A stretch of DNA of 64,000 nt from positions 480,001 to 544,000 of the forward strand of contig OZ242184.1 in assembly GCA_965205855.1 (NCBI GenBank), in the 5' to 3' direction. A program made the translations under genes and the position numbers. Shown here piece by piece: positions 8,832 through 23,800 of this stretch (positions are counted from its first letter, which is position 1; each line of letters begins with the position of its first letter). Source of the DNA: Thermodesulfobacteriota bacterium (GTDB lineage Bacteria > Desulfobacterota_D > UBA1144 > Nemesobacterales > Mycalebacteriaceae). The notes beneath the pieces are model-generated. The model was not told the origin of the DNA. It did not search any database and saw only the letters and a list, made by a program, of their open reading frames with translations.

Positions 8832-11800
8832 CTCCACCAGTCGACTAATCCGAGAATCTTAGGAGGCAACAACCCGGTGGAGGGTCAGGCCCTGAGCGCA
8901 TCGATAAGTAATGCCCTGACCGGTCATAGTGTGGGATCCAACCTCGAAGTCTATCGCTGGGAGCGTTCGAGTCCTGGTAGTAGTAGTGGTTTCATTAGTA
9001 TCCCAGGTTTTCGCGCGGGCAATAACAACTACGCCCCGACCCAGTCCGACGTGGGCAGATTTCTCCGAGCGCGTGTCACATTTACTGACAGTCTCACCGG
9101 AGGTGTGACTAGTAGAATAGTCGGTCCCACGTCCAGGGTGGTGGCCAATGCCAATGACGACCCCAGAGGGTTGGCCATCGCTGGTGTCCCGGTTCTGGGT
9201 CAGGAACTGACGGCGAATACCTCCCGCCTTGCCGATGAAGATGGTCTGCCCAACCCGTCCGAATTCACCTATCAATGGAATACGCGGGTCGGCACCACGG
9301 ACACGCCGATTCCCAACGCGACCTCCAGAACCTACACCCTGACCCAGTCCGAGCTCGGTAAGAGAATCACCCTGACCCTCCGCTATACCGATAGTTTTAA
9401 CACGCAGGAGAGTACGACTAGTGCTGCTACGGCGGAGGTGCGCCTCAATGACCCGCCCAGCGGGTTGACCATCGCCGGTGCCCTGACCGTGGGTGAGGAG
9501 CTGACGGCGGATACCTCTACCCTTGCCGATGAAGATGGTCTGCCGGCTGAGTCCGAGTTCAGCTATCAATGGCGGGCCGATGGCGTGGACATCGCCAACG
9601 CCACCGACCGTAGCTATGTCCTGACCCCGGCCAATATCGGCAGTCAGATCACCGTGACCCTCAGCTACACCGATAACCTTAGCAAGCAGGAGAGCCTGAC
9701 CAGCCCGGCCCGTGGCCCGGTGCAGTCTGACAATAATGCGCCGACCATCACGGGCACTCCGCCCGTGGCACAAGTGGGCGCGTCCTACAGTTTCATGCCG
9801 GTGGGCGAGGATGCGGATGGCGATACGCTGATCTATACCCTCAGCGGCGCACCCGGCTGGCTTAGTATCAACCCCACCACCGGAGCCCTGACCGGCACGC
9901 CGGGCAACGCCGATGTCGGCACCACCACAGGGATTGTGATCGACGTTACCGACGGCATCATCGCCGCGCCGGTGGAACTGGCGTTTGCGCTCACCGTCAA
10001 TGGCCCGCCCACCGGCGAGGTGATCATCCTGGATAGTGGCCGACCGATCGTGGGTCAGGTTCTGACAGCGGATGCCTCCGGCCTTGGCGATGCCAATGGT
10101 CTGTCCGACCGATCCGCGTTCAGCTACCAATGGTTTGCGGACAGCGCGCCGATCAGGGGAGCGAACCTGCGCACCTACACCCCGGACGAGGTAGGCGAGG
10201 TAATTTTCGTGATTGTCAGCTATACCGATGACGATGGCGTGGATGAGGACGTGTCCAGTGCGAGCATCAGGGTGTTCAACCAACTGCCCACCGCGGATGC
10301 CGGTCCGAATCAGAGCTTGAGCAAAGGCACAGAAGTCACGCTTGATGGCAGTGGCAGTTCCGATCCCGAGGGCGCGAGCCTGACCTATCTCTGGTCGCAG
10401 GTTGACGGCACTACGGTGACTTTAAGCAGTACGACGGCAGCACGGCCAACGTTCACCATACCAAACCTGATACCGACAGATGATCCGGACTCGCTTACTT
10501 TCAGTCTGGTCGTCTCTGACGTGCATGATGCATCGTCCACCAACGAGGAAACCGTCAGAATTTTTATCAGACCGCTGTTTCGGGAAGCCATTGCCGATCA
10601 AACCTACAACCTGGGCAATGAGATTGATGATCTGATGTTGCCTGCGGCACTGACGCAAGAGGGCACCTCGGGGGATGTCTATGCGCTGTCCTCTGTGCCC
10701 GCCGGGCTCTCCTTTGATCCTGCCACCCGCATATTGTCCGGTACGCCGACAGTGCTTGGGATGTTTGGCTTGACCTACACCGTAACGACTGCGGACGGTG
10801 GAACCGATACACTGGAATTTTCCATCACCATCACTGCGGTCAACAACCCGCCCACAGGCGTGGTGACCATCGATGGCATTTTGACCGAGGATGAAGTCCT
10901 GACGGCAAACACCTCCACCCTTGCCGATGAAGATGGTCTGCCCGCTGAGTCCACATTCACCTATCAATGGCTTGCGGATGGCGTGGAGATTCCCGGTGCG
11001 ACCCTGCGCACCTACATCCTGACCTCGGACGAGGCCGGTAAGACCATCAGCCTGGTCGTCCGCTATACCGATCTTCGGAGTAGTGAAGAGGAAGTGACCA
11101 GCGCACCGCGGGGGCCGATGAATACCCCGCCGATCATCAGCGGCATCCCCGCCACCACGGTGGCCGAAGACAGCGAATACAACTTCACACCGGAGGGCAT
11201 GGATGCGGATGGCGATACCTTGGTGTATGCCATCACGGTCACACCCGACTGGGCCGATTTCAACCCCGTCACGGGGGCACTGACCGGCACGCCCACCAAC
11301 GATGATGTCGGCACCACCACCACAGGAATTGTGATCAGCGTGACCGACGGCATCATCGCCGCGCCGGTGGAACTGCCGGCGTTTAACCTCACCGTGACCA
11401 ACACCAACGACGCGCCCACCGGCACGGTGATCATCCGCGGTAACCTGGTCATGGGCGAGGAACTGACGGCGGATACCTCTGCGCTGGGCGATGAGAATGG
11501 TCTGCCCGCTGAGTCCACATTCACCTATCAATGGAATACGCGGGACGGCGCCACGGACACACCGATTCTCGGTGCGACCCTGCGCACCTACACCCTGACT
11601 CCGAACGAGGTTGACCGGGTGATCACCGTGCTCGTCCGCTATACCGATGATGATGGCACGGCTGAGCGCGTGACCAGCGCACCGCGTGGGCAGGTGGTAG
11701 GCAGCAACGAAGCGCCGACCATCGGCGGCACGCCCGCCACCACGGCGGCCGAAGACAGCGAATACCGCTTCACACCGGAGGGCATGGATGCGGATGGCGA

Positions 11801-14800
11801 TACCCTGACCTATACCATCGACAACCGTCCCGCCTGGGCCCTGTTTAACTCCGCCACCGGGGCACTGACCGGCACGCCCACCAACGATGATGTTGGCACC
11901 ACCACCACAGGAATTGTGATCAGCGTGACCGACGGCATCATCGCCGCGCCGGTGAAACTGCCGGAGTTTGACCTCAGAGTGACCAACACCAATGACGCGC
12001 CCACCGGCACGGTGACCATCACCGGCAGCCTGACAATGGGCGGAGAACTGACGGCGGATACTTCCACCCTTGCCGATGAGGATGGTCTGCCCGCTGAGTC
12101 CACATTCCGCTATCGGTGGCGGGCGAATGGTATATCTATTCCCGGCGCGACCGCGACCATGCGCACCTACAGACTGACCGCAGCCGAAGTGGGTGCGGAA
12201 ATCAGCGTGAGGGTGAGCTACTTCGATCTCTTCTTCACGGCTGAGCGCATAACCAGTGAACCGCGGGGACCGGTGGTCGGCACCAATGAAGCGCCGACCA
12301 TCGGCGGCACGCCCGCCACCACGGCGGCCGAAGACAGCGAATACCGTTTCACGCCTGTGGGCGGAGATGCGGATGGCCATACCCTGATCTATACAATCGA
12401 CAACCGTCCCGACTGGGCCGACTTCAACCCCGCCACCGGGGCACTGACCGGCACGCCCACCAACGATGATGTCGGCACCACCACAGGAATTGTGATCAGC
12501 GTGACCGACGGCATCATCGCCGCGCCGGTGTCATTGCCGGCCTTTTTTATCACCGTCATCAACACCAATGACCCGCCCACCGGCGAGGTGACCATCGCCG
12601 GTAACCCGATCCTGGGCGAGGAACTGACGGCGGATACCTCTGCCCTTGCCGATGACGACGGTCTGCCCAACCCTGCCACATTCACCTATCAATGGTTTAC
12701 GCGGGACGGCACCACGGACACGCCAATCTTAGGCGCGATGATGCGCACCTACACCCTGACCCCGGACGAGGTCGACAAGCAGATTGGCGTGAGGCTGTCC
12801 TACATAGACGACCGCGGCACCCGGGAGTCCCTGGACGCCGTCACCGGCGGTTCCGTCTCTGAAATCAACCTTCCTCCCACCGGCGCGGTGACCATCCGCG
12901 GCACCCTGACCACGGGTGAGGAACTGACGGCGGATACCTCTGCGCTGGGCGATGAGAATGGTCTGCCCGCTGAGTCCACATTCACCTACCAATGGCTTGC
13001 GGATGACACGGAGATTTCCGGTGCGACCGGGCGCACCTACAGGCTGACCCCGAACGAGCTCAACCGGGTGATCACCGTGCTCGTCCGCTATACCGATGAT
13101 GATCGCGCGGCTGAGCGCGTGACCAGCGCACCGCGTGGGCCGGTGGTCGGCAGCAACCAAGCGCCGACCATTGGCGGCACGCCCGTCACCATGGTGGCCG
13201 AAGACAGCGAATACCGCTTCACGCCGGAGGGCATGGATGCGGATGGCAATACCCTGACCTATACCATCGACAACCGTCCCGCCTGGGCCGACTTCGACTT
13301 CGACCCCGACACCGGGGAACTGACCGGCACGCCCGGCAACGCCGATGTCGGCACCACCACCGGAATTGTGATCGGCGTGACCGACGGCATCATCGCCGCG
13401 CCGGTGGAACTGCCGGCCTTTGACATCACCGTGACCAACACCAACGACGCGCCCACCGGCGGGGTGACCATCACCGGCAGCCTGACAATGGGCGGAGAAC
13501 TGACGGCGGATACTTCCACCCTTGCCGATGCCGATGGTCTGCCCGCTGAGTTCACATTCACCTATCAATGGAATACGCGGGACGGCGCCACGGACACGCC
13601 GATTTCCGGCGCGACTCTGCGCACCTACACCCCGACCCAGGACGAGGTCGACCAGATACTCAGCGTGCTCGTCCGCTATACCGACGATGATGGCGCGACT
13701 GAGAGCGTGACCAGCGCACCGCGAGGGCCGGTGGTCAATGCCAATGACGCGCCGACCATTGACGGCACGCCCGTCACCACGGTGGCCGAAGACAGCGAAT
13801 ACAGCTTCACGCCGGTGGGCATGGATGTGGATGGCAATTTCCTGACCTACGCCATCAGCGGCGCACCCGGCTGGCTCAGCATCGACCCCGCCACGGGGGA
13901 ACTGACCGGCACGCCAACCAACGATGATGTCGGCACCACCACAGGAATTGTGATCAGCGTGACCGACGGCATCATCGCCGCGCCGGTGGAACTGCCGGCG
14001 TTTGACCTCACCGTGACCAACACAAACGACGCGCCCACCGGCGCGGTGACCATCAGCGGCATCCTGACTATGGGCGAGGAACTGACGGCGGATACCTCCA
14101 CCCTTGCCGATGATGATGGTCTGCCCGAGCCGTCCACGTTCACCTATCAATGGCTTGCGGATGGCGTGGAGATTCCGGGTGCGACCCTGCGCACCTACAC
14201 TCTGCCCCCGGACGAGGTCGGTCAGACCATCAGCCTGGTCGTCCGCTATACCGATGCTGGTGGCGAGGCGGAGAGCGTGACCAGCACACCGCCGAGGCGG
14301 GTGAATACCCCGCCGACCATTGGCGGCACGCCCGCCACCACGGTGGCCGAAGACAGCGAATATAGCTTCACGCCGGTGGGCATGGATGTGGATGACGATG
14401 ATACCCTGACCTACACCATCAGCGGCGCGCCCGGCTGGCTCAGCATCGACTCCGACACCGGGGCACTGACCGGCACGCCCACCAACGACGATGTCGGCAC
14501 CACCACTGGTATTGTGGTCGGCGTTACCGACGGCATCGCCGCGCCGGTGGAACTGCCGGCGTTTGACCTCAGCGTGACCAACACCAACGACCCGCCCACC
14601 GGCGGGGTGACTATCAGCGGCATCCTGACTGCGGGCGAGTTACTGACGGCGGATACCTCTGCCCTTGCCGATGACGATGGTCTGCCCGACGAGTCCACAT
14701 TCACCTATCAATGGCTTGCGAATGGCGAGGAGATTACCGAGGATGCGACCGGGCGCACCTACTCCCTGACCCGGAGCCAGCACGGTCAGACCGTCAGCCT

Positions 14801-17800
14801 GGTTGTCCGCTATACCGATCTTCGGGGTAGTGAAGAGGAAGTGACCAGCGCACCGCAGGGGCCGGTGAATACCCCGCCCACCGCCAATGCCGGTGCAAAT
14901 CAGACTGTGAGCAAGGGCACAGAAGTCACGCTGAATGGCACTGGCAGTATCGATATCGATCTCACGAGCCTGACCTATCTCTGGTCGCAGACTGCCGGTG
15001 CCACGGTGGCTTTAAGCAGTACGACGGTAGCACGGCCAACGTTTACCATACCAAACCTGATACCGACAGATGGCCCGGACTCGCTTACTTTCAGCCTGGT
15101 CGTCTCTGACGGACTGGCATCCAACGAGGACACTGTCAGAATTTTTATCAGACCGCTGTTTCGGGAAGTCATTGCCAATCAAACCTACAGACTGGGCAAT
15201 GAGATTGATGATCTGATGCTGCCTACGGCACTGACGCAAGCGGGTACCTCGGGGGATGTCTATGCGCTGTCTCCTGTGCCCGCCGGGCTCTCCTTTGATC
15301 CTGCTACCCGCATATTGTCCGGTACGCCGACAGTGCCTGGGATGTTTGGCTTGACCTACACCCTAACGACTGCGAACGGTAGAACCGATAGACTGGAATT
15401 TTCCATCACCGTCCCCGCGCTCAACACCCCGCCCACCGGCGCGGTGACCATCGATGGCATTTTGACCGAGGATGAAGTCCTGACGGCAAACACCTCTGCC
15501 CTTGCCGATGCCGATGGTCTGCCCGACCCGTCCACGTTCACCTATGTATGGCAAAGGCAACGGGCCGGTGATTTCATCCGCACTATCCCCGGCGCGAGAT
15601 CCAACACCTACGTCCTGACCCAGGCCGATGTGGGCGCGGGTATTAGAGTGATTGTCCGCTATACCGATCTTCGGGATAGTGAAGAGCAAGTGACCAGCGC
15701 ACCGCGAGGGCTGGTGGCCAATGTCAACGACCCGCCCACCGGCGCGGTGACCGTCAGCGGCATCCTGACCACGGGTGAGCAACTGACGGCGGATACCTCT
15801 GCCCTTGCCGATGCCGATGGTCTGCCCGACCGGGGCACATTCATCTACCGGTGGATTGCGCGCAGCGGCAACGCGGACAGGACTCTCCTCGGAGGGCCGT
15901 TTGACACCTACACCCTGACCGCCGACGAGGTGGATACGCAAATCAGAGTGACGGTGAGTTACTTCGATTTCTTTGACACGGCTGAGAGCCTGACCAGTGA
16001 ACCGCGTGGGCCGGTGAAGTCTGACAATAGCCCGCCGACCATCGGCGGCACCCCCGCCACCACGGTGGCCGAAGACAGCGCATATAACTTCACGCCGGAG
16101 GGCGGGGATGCGGATGCCGGCGACACGCTGGTGTATGCCATCACGGTCACGCCCGACTGGGCCGACTTCGACCCCGCCACCGGGGCGCTGACCGGCACGC
16201 CCACTAACGATGATGTCGGCACCACCACTGGCATTGTCATCAGCGTCACCGACGGCACCATCGCCACGCCGCTGGAACTGCCGGCGTTTGACCTCACCGT
16301 GACCAATGTCAATGACGTGCCCACCGGCGGTGTGACCATCATCGGTGACCTGACTATGGGCGAGGTGCTGACGGCGGATACCTCTACCCTCGACGATGGC
16401 GATGGTCTGCCCGATGAGTCCGCATTCCGCTATACATGGCAGGCGGATTTCACCACCATACTCAACGCGACCGCGCGTACCTACACCCTGACCCCGGACG
16501 AAGTCGGCAAGAGGATCCTCGTGATCGTCCGCTATACCGATGGTCAGGGCGGGGCGGAGAACCTGTTTAGTGAACTCCGGGGGCCGGTGGTTGGCAGCAA
16601 TAGCCCGCCGACCATCAGCGGCACCCCCGACCTCATGGTGGCCGAAGACAGCCCATACAATTTCACGCCGGGGGGCGGTGATGCGGATGTCGGCGACACC
16701 CTGACCTATACCATCGACAACCGTCCCGCCTGGGCCGACTTCAACCCCGCCACCGGGGCTTTGACCGGCACGCCCGGCAACGACGATGTCGGCACCACCA
16801 CCCGCATTGTCATCAGCGTCACCGACGGCATCATCGCCATGCCGGTGGAACTGCCGGCGTTTGACCTCAGCGTGACCAACACCAACGACCCGGCCACTGG
16901 CACGGTGACCATTGGCGGTATTCCGGTTATGGGCGAGGAACTGACGGCGGATACCTCTGCCCTTGCCGATGACGATGGTCTGCCCGAGCCGTCCACATTC
17001 ACCTATCAATGGCTTGCTAATGGCTTGGAGATTCCCGGCGCGACCGGGCCCACCTACACCCTGACCCCGGCCGAGGTCGGTCAGACCATCAGCGTGGTTG
17101 TCGAGTTCACCGATGACCGGAACACAGTTGAGCGCGTGACCAGCGCACCGCTTGGGCCGGTGGTCAATGCCAATAGCCCGCCGACCATCGGTGGCACCCC
17201 CGCCACCACGGTGGCCGAAGACAGCGAATACCGCTTCACGCCGGAGGGCGGGGATGCGGATGGCAATGTCCTGACCTACGCCCTCAGTGGCGCACCCGGC
17301 TGGCTCAGCTTCAACCCCGCCACCGGGGCGCTGACCGGCACGCCCACCAACGACGATGTCGGCACCACCACCGGCATTGTCATCAGCGTCACCGACGGCA
17401 TCATCGCCACGCCGGTGGCACTGCCGGCGTTTGACCTCAGCGTGACCAACACCAACGACCCGGTCACCGGCGCGGTGACCATCAATGGCATTTTGACCGA
17501 GGATGAGGTACTGACGGCAAACACATCCACCCTTGCCGATGACGATGGTCTGCCCGACGAGTCCACATTCACCTATCAATGGAACACCAGGGACGGCGCC
17601 ACGGACACGCCGATTTCCGGCGCGACCGGGCGCACCTACACCCTGACCCAGAGCGAGGTCGGCAAGCCTGTCACCCTGACGGTCAGCTTCACCGATGACC
17701 GGAACGCCCCTGAAAGCCGCACCAGCGATGCCACGCAGGTGGTGACCAATATCAATGACGCGCCCACCGGTCGCCTGCGCATCGACGGTCTCCTTGCCCA

Positions 17801-20800
17801 GAATGAGGTTCTGACGGCGAATACCGCTGCCCTTGCCGATGAGGATGGTCTGCCCGATGAGTCCACATTCACCTATCAATGGTTTGCGAACGACGGAACC
17901 GCGAGCGAGCAAATCAGCGGCGCCAACATGAGAACCTACACCCTGACCCGGAGCGAGGCGGGCAAGAACATCGTCGTGGAAATCTCCTACCAGGATCTTC
18001 AGGGCGGCAATGAGACGGTGCGAAGCGGCGATTCATTTGGGCCGGTGGCCAGAGTGAATATCCTTCCGATGGTCAGTAGCGTTCCGCCCTTCAGCCGCGA
18101 CCCCGATTCGCCCACCATCTTCAGGGTGTCTCAGGGCGAGTTCTTTTTAATCACCTACACATTCACGGACCCGGATGGCGATCTTTTCGTCCCCTCGGTT
18201 TTTTTCGATACGAGTAGATGGCTCGTGCCCAGAGACCTACCCGGTCACGATTCCGCTAACGGTAACCCTAACGGCAATCCCACCCTTACATTGTCCGGCA
18301 CGCCGGGCAGTGCGGATGTCGGCACCAGATTGGAGGTTGAGAACAGACTCGACCACTTCGAGAATGGCAGACAGCGGATCTTCCTGCCCAGTTTTTTTGT
18401 CGATGTGATTGACAATAACGCGCCGACTATCAGCGGCTCGCCCGCCCCCACGGCGGCCAGAGACAGCGAATACCGCTTCGCGCCGGGGGGCGGGGATGCG
18501 GATGGCGACACCCTGACCTATAGCATCACGGTCACGCCCGACTGGGCCAGCTTCGACCCCGCCACCGGGACTCTGACCGGCACGCCCACCGGCGATGATG
18601 TCGGCACCACCACCACCGGCATTGTCATCAGCGTCACCGACGGTATCATCGCCACGCCGGTGGAACTGCCGGCCTTTGACCTCACCGTGACCAATGTCAA
18701 CGACCCGGCCACCGGCGAGGTGACCATCAGAGGCGTCCTGACTATGGGCGAGGAACTGACGGCGGAGGCCTCGGACTTTGCCGATGACGATGGTCTGCCC
18801 GAGCTGTCCACATTCACCTATCAATGGCTTGCGAATGGCGTGGAGATTCCCGGCGCGACCGGGCGCACCTACACCCTGACCCCGGCCGAGGTCGGTCAGA
18901 CCATCAGCGTGGTTGTCCGCTATACCGATCTTCGGCGCAATGATGAAGAAGTGACCAGCGCACCGAGGGGCCCGGTGGCCGATGCCAATAGCGCACCGAC
19001 CATTGGCGGCACCCCGGACACGGAGGCGGTCGAAGACAGCGCCTACAACTTCACGCCAGAGGGCGAGGATGCGGATGGCGACACACTGACCTATATGATC
19101 GAGAACCTGCCCGCCTGGGCCAGCTTTGAGCCCGCGACCGGGGCGCTGACCGGCACGCCCGGCAACGACGATGTTGGGATGACCACAGGAATTGTGATCA
19201 GCGTTACCGACGGCATCATCGCCACGCCGGTGGAACTGCCGGCCTTTGATCTCACCGTCACCAACACCAATGACCCCGCCACCGGTCGCCCTGGGATAGA
19301 AGTGGGCACGAGCGTGCGGACCCCGTTCGGTGGAGGAGAGCGTTTTATAAGATTTACCGCTTTACCCGAACTCATTGTCGATGAGGATGGTCTGCCCGAA
19401 GAGATTTATGAGGAGGATTTCGTTACCCAACCGGTACGTCCGTTCACCTACCAATGGAATAGGCACGAGGCAGGCGTGGACACGGCGATTCCCGGCGAGA
19501 CCTCAAAATTCTACGATCAGCCCGTTGCCGATTTCGGCGATAGAGTCACCCTGACTGTCGTCAGCTTCACCGATCTTCGGGGTGGCAATGAGGGGCCCCT
19601 GACCAGCGCTCCCGCGTCGGCGATGGGGGTCGATCTGTCTGCCACCGGCGAGGTGACCATCGACGGTGACCTGATCGAGGATCAGACCCTGACGGCAAAT
19701 ACCGAAACCCTTGGCGACCCAAATGGCCTGCCCGACCCGTCCACGTTCACCTATGTATGGCGAAGGCAACCGGCCGGTCAGTTCTCCCGCGCTATCCCCG
19801 GCGCGACATCCAACACCTACGTCCTGACCCAGGCCGATGTGGGCGCGCGTATCAGAGTGATTGTCCACTACACCGATCTTGAGGGCTTTGCTGGCAATGC
19901 ACCCCCCGGGGATAGTGAGGAAGACGTTGAAATTGGGGTAGCCTCTATTTTCCGTGGGCCCGTGGCGAATTTCAGCCACGCCTCCACCGGCGGGGTGAGT
20001 ATCACCAATGCCGACGGAGAGCCGCTCACCGGCGCCCGGGGGGAGCCGCCGCCCGCCGGCGTCCCGCCCCCGGCCGAGGATCAGATGCTGACAGCGGATG
20101 CCTCTGCCATTGAAGATGCGGATGGTCTGCCCGATGAATCCACGTTCACCTATCAATGGAATACGCGCGACGGCGCCACGGACACGCCGATTCCCGGCGC
20201 GACCGGGCGCACCTACACCCTGACCCAGAGCGAGGTCGGCAAGCCCCTCACCCTGAGGGTCAGCTTCATTGATGGCGACGGGACGGAGGAAAATCAGACC
20301 AGTGCGGCAACGGCGGCGGTGACCAATGTCAATGACCTGCCCACCGGCGCGGTGACCATCGACGGCATTTTGACCGACGGCGCGGAACTGACGGCGAACA
20401 TCTCTGCCCTTGAAGATGAGGATGGTCTGCCCGCTGAGTCCGAATTCACCTATGAATGGCGGGCGAATTTCACGCCTATCACCAATGCGACCGGGCGAAC
20501 CTATACCCTGACCCAGGCCGAAGTGGGCAAGAGTATCACCCTGACCGTCCGCTACACTGACCTTCAGGGCGTGGATGAGAGCCTGACCAGCCTTCTTACG
20601 GAGGAGACGGTGCGCAATACCGATGACCCCACCACTGGCGATCTCGGCATCACCGGCGACTCTGTCCAGGGCCAGACCCTGACGGTGGATACCTTCGCCA
20701 TAATGGATGAGGATGGTCTGGGCACCTTCACTTACGCATGGTTGCGTGGTGGTATTACGTTGGTCTCGACCGAGAGCACCTACACCCTGGTTCAGGCCGA

Positions 20801-23800
20801 TGTGGGCACTTCCATGTTCCTGCAAGTCAACCATACCGATGCGCATGGCACCAGCCAGAACCTGGGGTTCGTTAGCACAGTCCCCATCGCCAACATCAAC
20901 GACCCACCCACCGGCGAACTGCGCATCAGCGGCGGGCTGGTAGTGGGCCAGACCCTCAGCGCGGATACTTCCACGCTGGTGGATATCGATGGCCTGCCCG
21001 ATGAGTCCGATTTCATTTATCAATGGCGGGCCAATGGCGTGGATATCACCGACGCCACCGAGTCGGAATACCTGCTGACTGCGGCCAATATCGACGCTCA
21101 GATCAGCCTGAACCTGCGCTACACCGATAATTTTGAGGCGAATGAGTCCATCACCAGCCCGGCCCGTGGCCCGGTGCGGGGGGCGGGCGACAATATCCCG
21201 CCCGACAGCAGCGGTCTGGCGGTCACGACCGATGAGGATACCCCGCATACCTTTGCGGTGGCGGACTTTTCCTTTACCGATACCGACGGCGATAGCCTGC
21301 AAGCAGTGCGCATCGATAGCCTGCCCGCCACTGGCAGCCTGACCCTGAACGGCGTAGCGGTGAGCGCCATGCAAGAGATTGCCACCAGCGCTATCGCCAA
21401 TCTGGTCTATACCCCGGCGTTGAATGCCAACGGCGATGTAACCTTCACCTACAGCGTCTCCGACGGCACTGCCTTCAGCACCCCGCCCGCCAACGCCGCC
21501 ATTACTGTTGCGGCGGTTGAGGATGTGCCCACCACCAGCGGGCTGGCGGTCACGACCGATGAGGATACCCCCCATACCTTTGGGGTGGCGGACTTCAACT
21601 TTAGCGATGGGGATGCCAGCGACAGCCTGCAAGCAGTGCGCATCGATAGCCTGCCTGCCCCCGCCAGCCTGGGCGCGCTGACCCTGAACGGCGCGGCGGT
21701 GAGCGCCGGGCAAGAGATTGCCGCCGGCGCTATCGCCAATCTGGTCTATACCCCGGCGTTGAATGCCAGCGGTAGTCTGAGCTTCACCTTCAGCGTCTCC
21801 GACGGCACTGTCTTTAGTACCCCGCCCGCCACGGCATCCGTCACCGTGACTCCGGTCAATGACCCGCCCACCATTACCGGCAACCCCCGAATCCGCGTGA
21901 CCGAGGACCTTACCTATAACTTCACGCCGGTCGGCGCCGATGTGGATGGCGACCCGCTGGTCTACGCCATCACCAACCTGCCGTCATGGGCCAGTTTCGA
22001 CACCGCAACCGGGGCCTTGACCGGCACCCCCGCCAACGCCGATATCGGCAACTACCCGGACATTATCATCAGCGTCACCGATGGCATCATCACCACGCCG
22101 CTGGACACCTTTGCCATTGAAGTCATCCCCCACGGCACCAATAACCCGCCCACCACCGCCGGGCTCAGGGTCACCACAGCCGAGGATACCCCCTATACCT
22201 TCAGGGAGGCGGACTTCCCCTTTAGCGATCTGGACGCCGGCGATAGACTGCAAGCAGTGATCATCCGCCTCCTGCCCGACTCCGCCAGTGGCAGCCTGAC
22301 GCTGGGTGGTGAAGCGGTGAGCTCCGCGCAGCTGATTGAGGTTGGGGAGATTGGGACTCTGGTGTTCACGCCGGCGGCCAATGTCACCGGCTTTGTTTCC
22401 TTCGCCTACGGAGTCTATGATGGCGAGGATTCTAGTGCAACCTCCGGGATAAATATCTTCATAACCCCGGTCAATGACCCGCCCACCACCAGCGATCTGG
22501 TGGTCACCACAGCCGAGGACACCCCCTATACCTTTGCGGTGGCGGACTTTCCCTTTACCGATGTCGACTCCCTCAATAGCCTGGATAGCCTGCAAGCGGT
22601 GCGCATCGATAGCCTGCCCGCCAGCGCCGACGGCAGCCTGGCGCTGGGCACGGGCACGGGCGCTACGCCGGTTAACATGGCCCAGGTGATTGCCGTTGCC
22701 GATATCCCGACTCTGGTCTATACCCCGGTGACCAATGTCAACGGCCCTGCGACCTTCACCTTCAGCGTCTCCGACGGCACTGCCTTCAGTGCCCCGCCCG
22801 CCACGGCCACCGTCACCCTGACTGCGGTCAATGACCCGCCCACCATCAGCGGCCTCCCCGATACCACCCTGGTGCAAGGGGCGGCCTATAGTTTCACGCC
22901 GCGCGGCAGCGATGTGGACGGCGACCCGCTGGAATACGCCATCACCAATACGCCAAGCTGGGCTACTTTCAGCACCACGACCGGGGCCTTGACCGGCACG
23001 CCACAGAGCACCGATGTCGGTACCACCATGGGCATTATCATCAGCGTCACCGATGGCAACATCACCACGCCGGTAGCCCTTGGCGCCTTCGCCATCGAAG
23101 TCACCGCCACCGCTGGCACCAATATGCCGCCCATCGCCAATGCCGGTGCAAATCAGCGGGTGAGCAAGGGCACAGAAGTCACGCTGAATGGCACGGGCAG
23201 TGACGACCCTGACGGCGATAATGCAAACCTGATCTATCTTTGGGAACGGACTGCCGGCCCCACCGAGGTGACTTTAAGCAGTACGGCAGCCGCCCAGCCA
23301 ACCTTCACCATTCCAACCCTGATACCGACATCTGGCCCGGACTCCTACACTTTTAGTCTGGTCGTTAGCGACGGGCAGGCATCGTCCGCCGCCGCCACCG
23401 TCCAAATCTTTATCAGACCGCTGTTTCGGGCAAGCATTGCTAATCAGACCTACAGCGAGGGCAATGCAATTACGCCTATAACTTTGCCCGAGGCGCGGGA
23501 AGGGCCCGATTCATTGCCGAGTACCAATACCTATACGCTGACGCCTACTCCTCTGCCGGCTGGACTGGCCTTTAATGCTACCAGCCGCATACTGTCTGGT
23601 ACGCCGACCAGCGTCGGAACCTTTGACCTGACCTACACCGCGACGAACCAGGTCAATGACACGGATTCACTGAGCTTTAGCATTGAAGTGACCACCCCCC
23701 CCAATAACCCGCCCACCACCAGCGCGCTGGCGGCCACGACTGCTGAGGACACCCCCTATACCTTTGCGTCGGCCAATTTCCCCTTTGACGATCCGGACGC

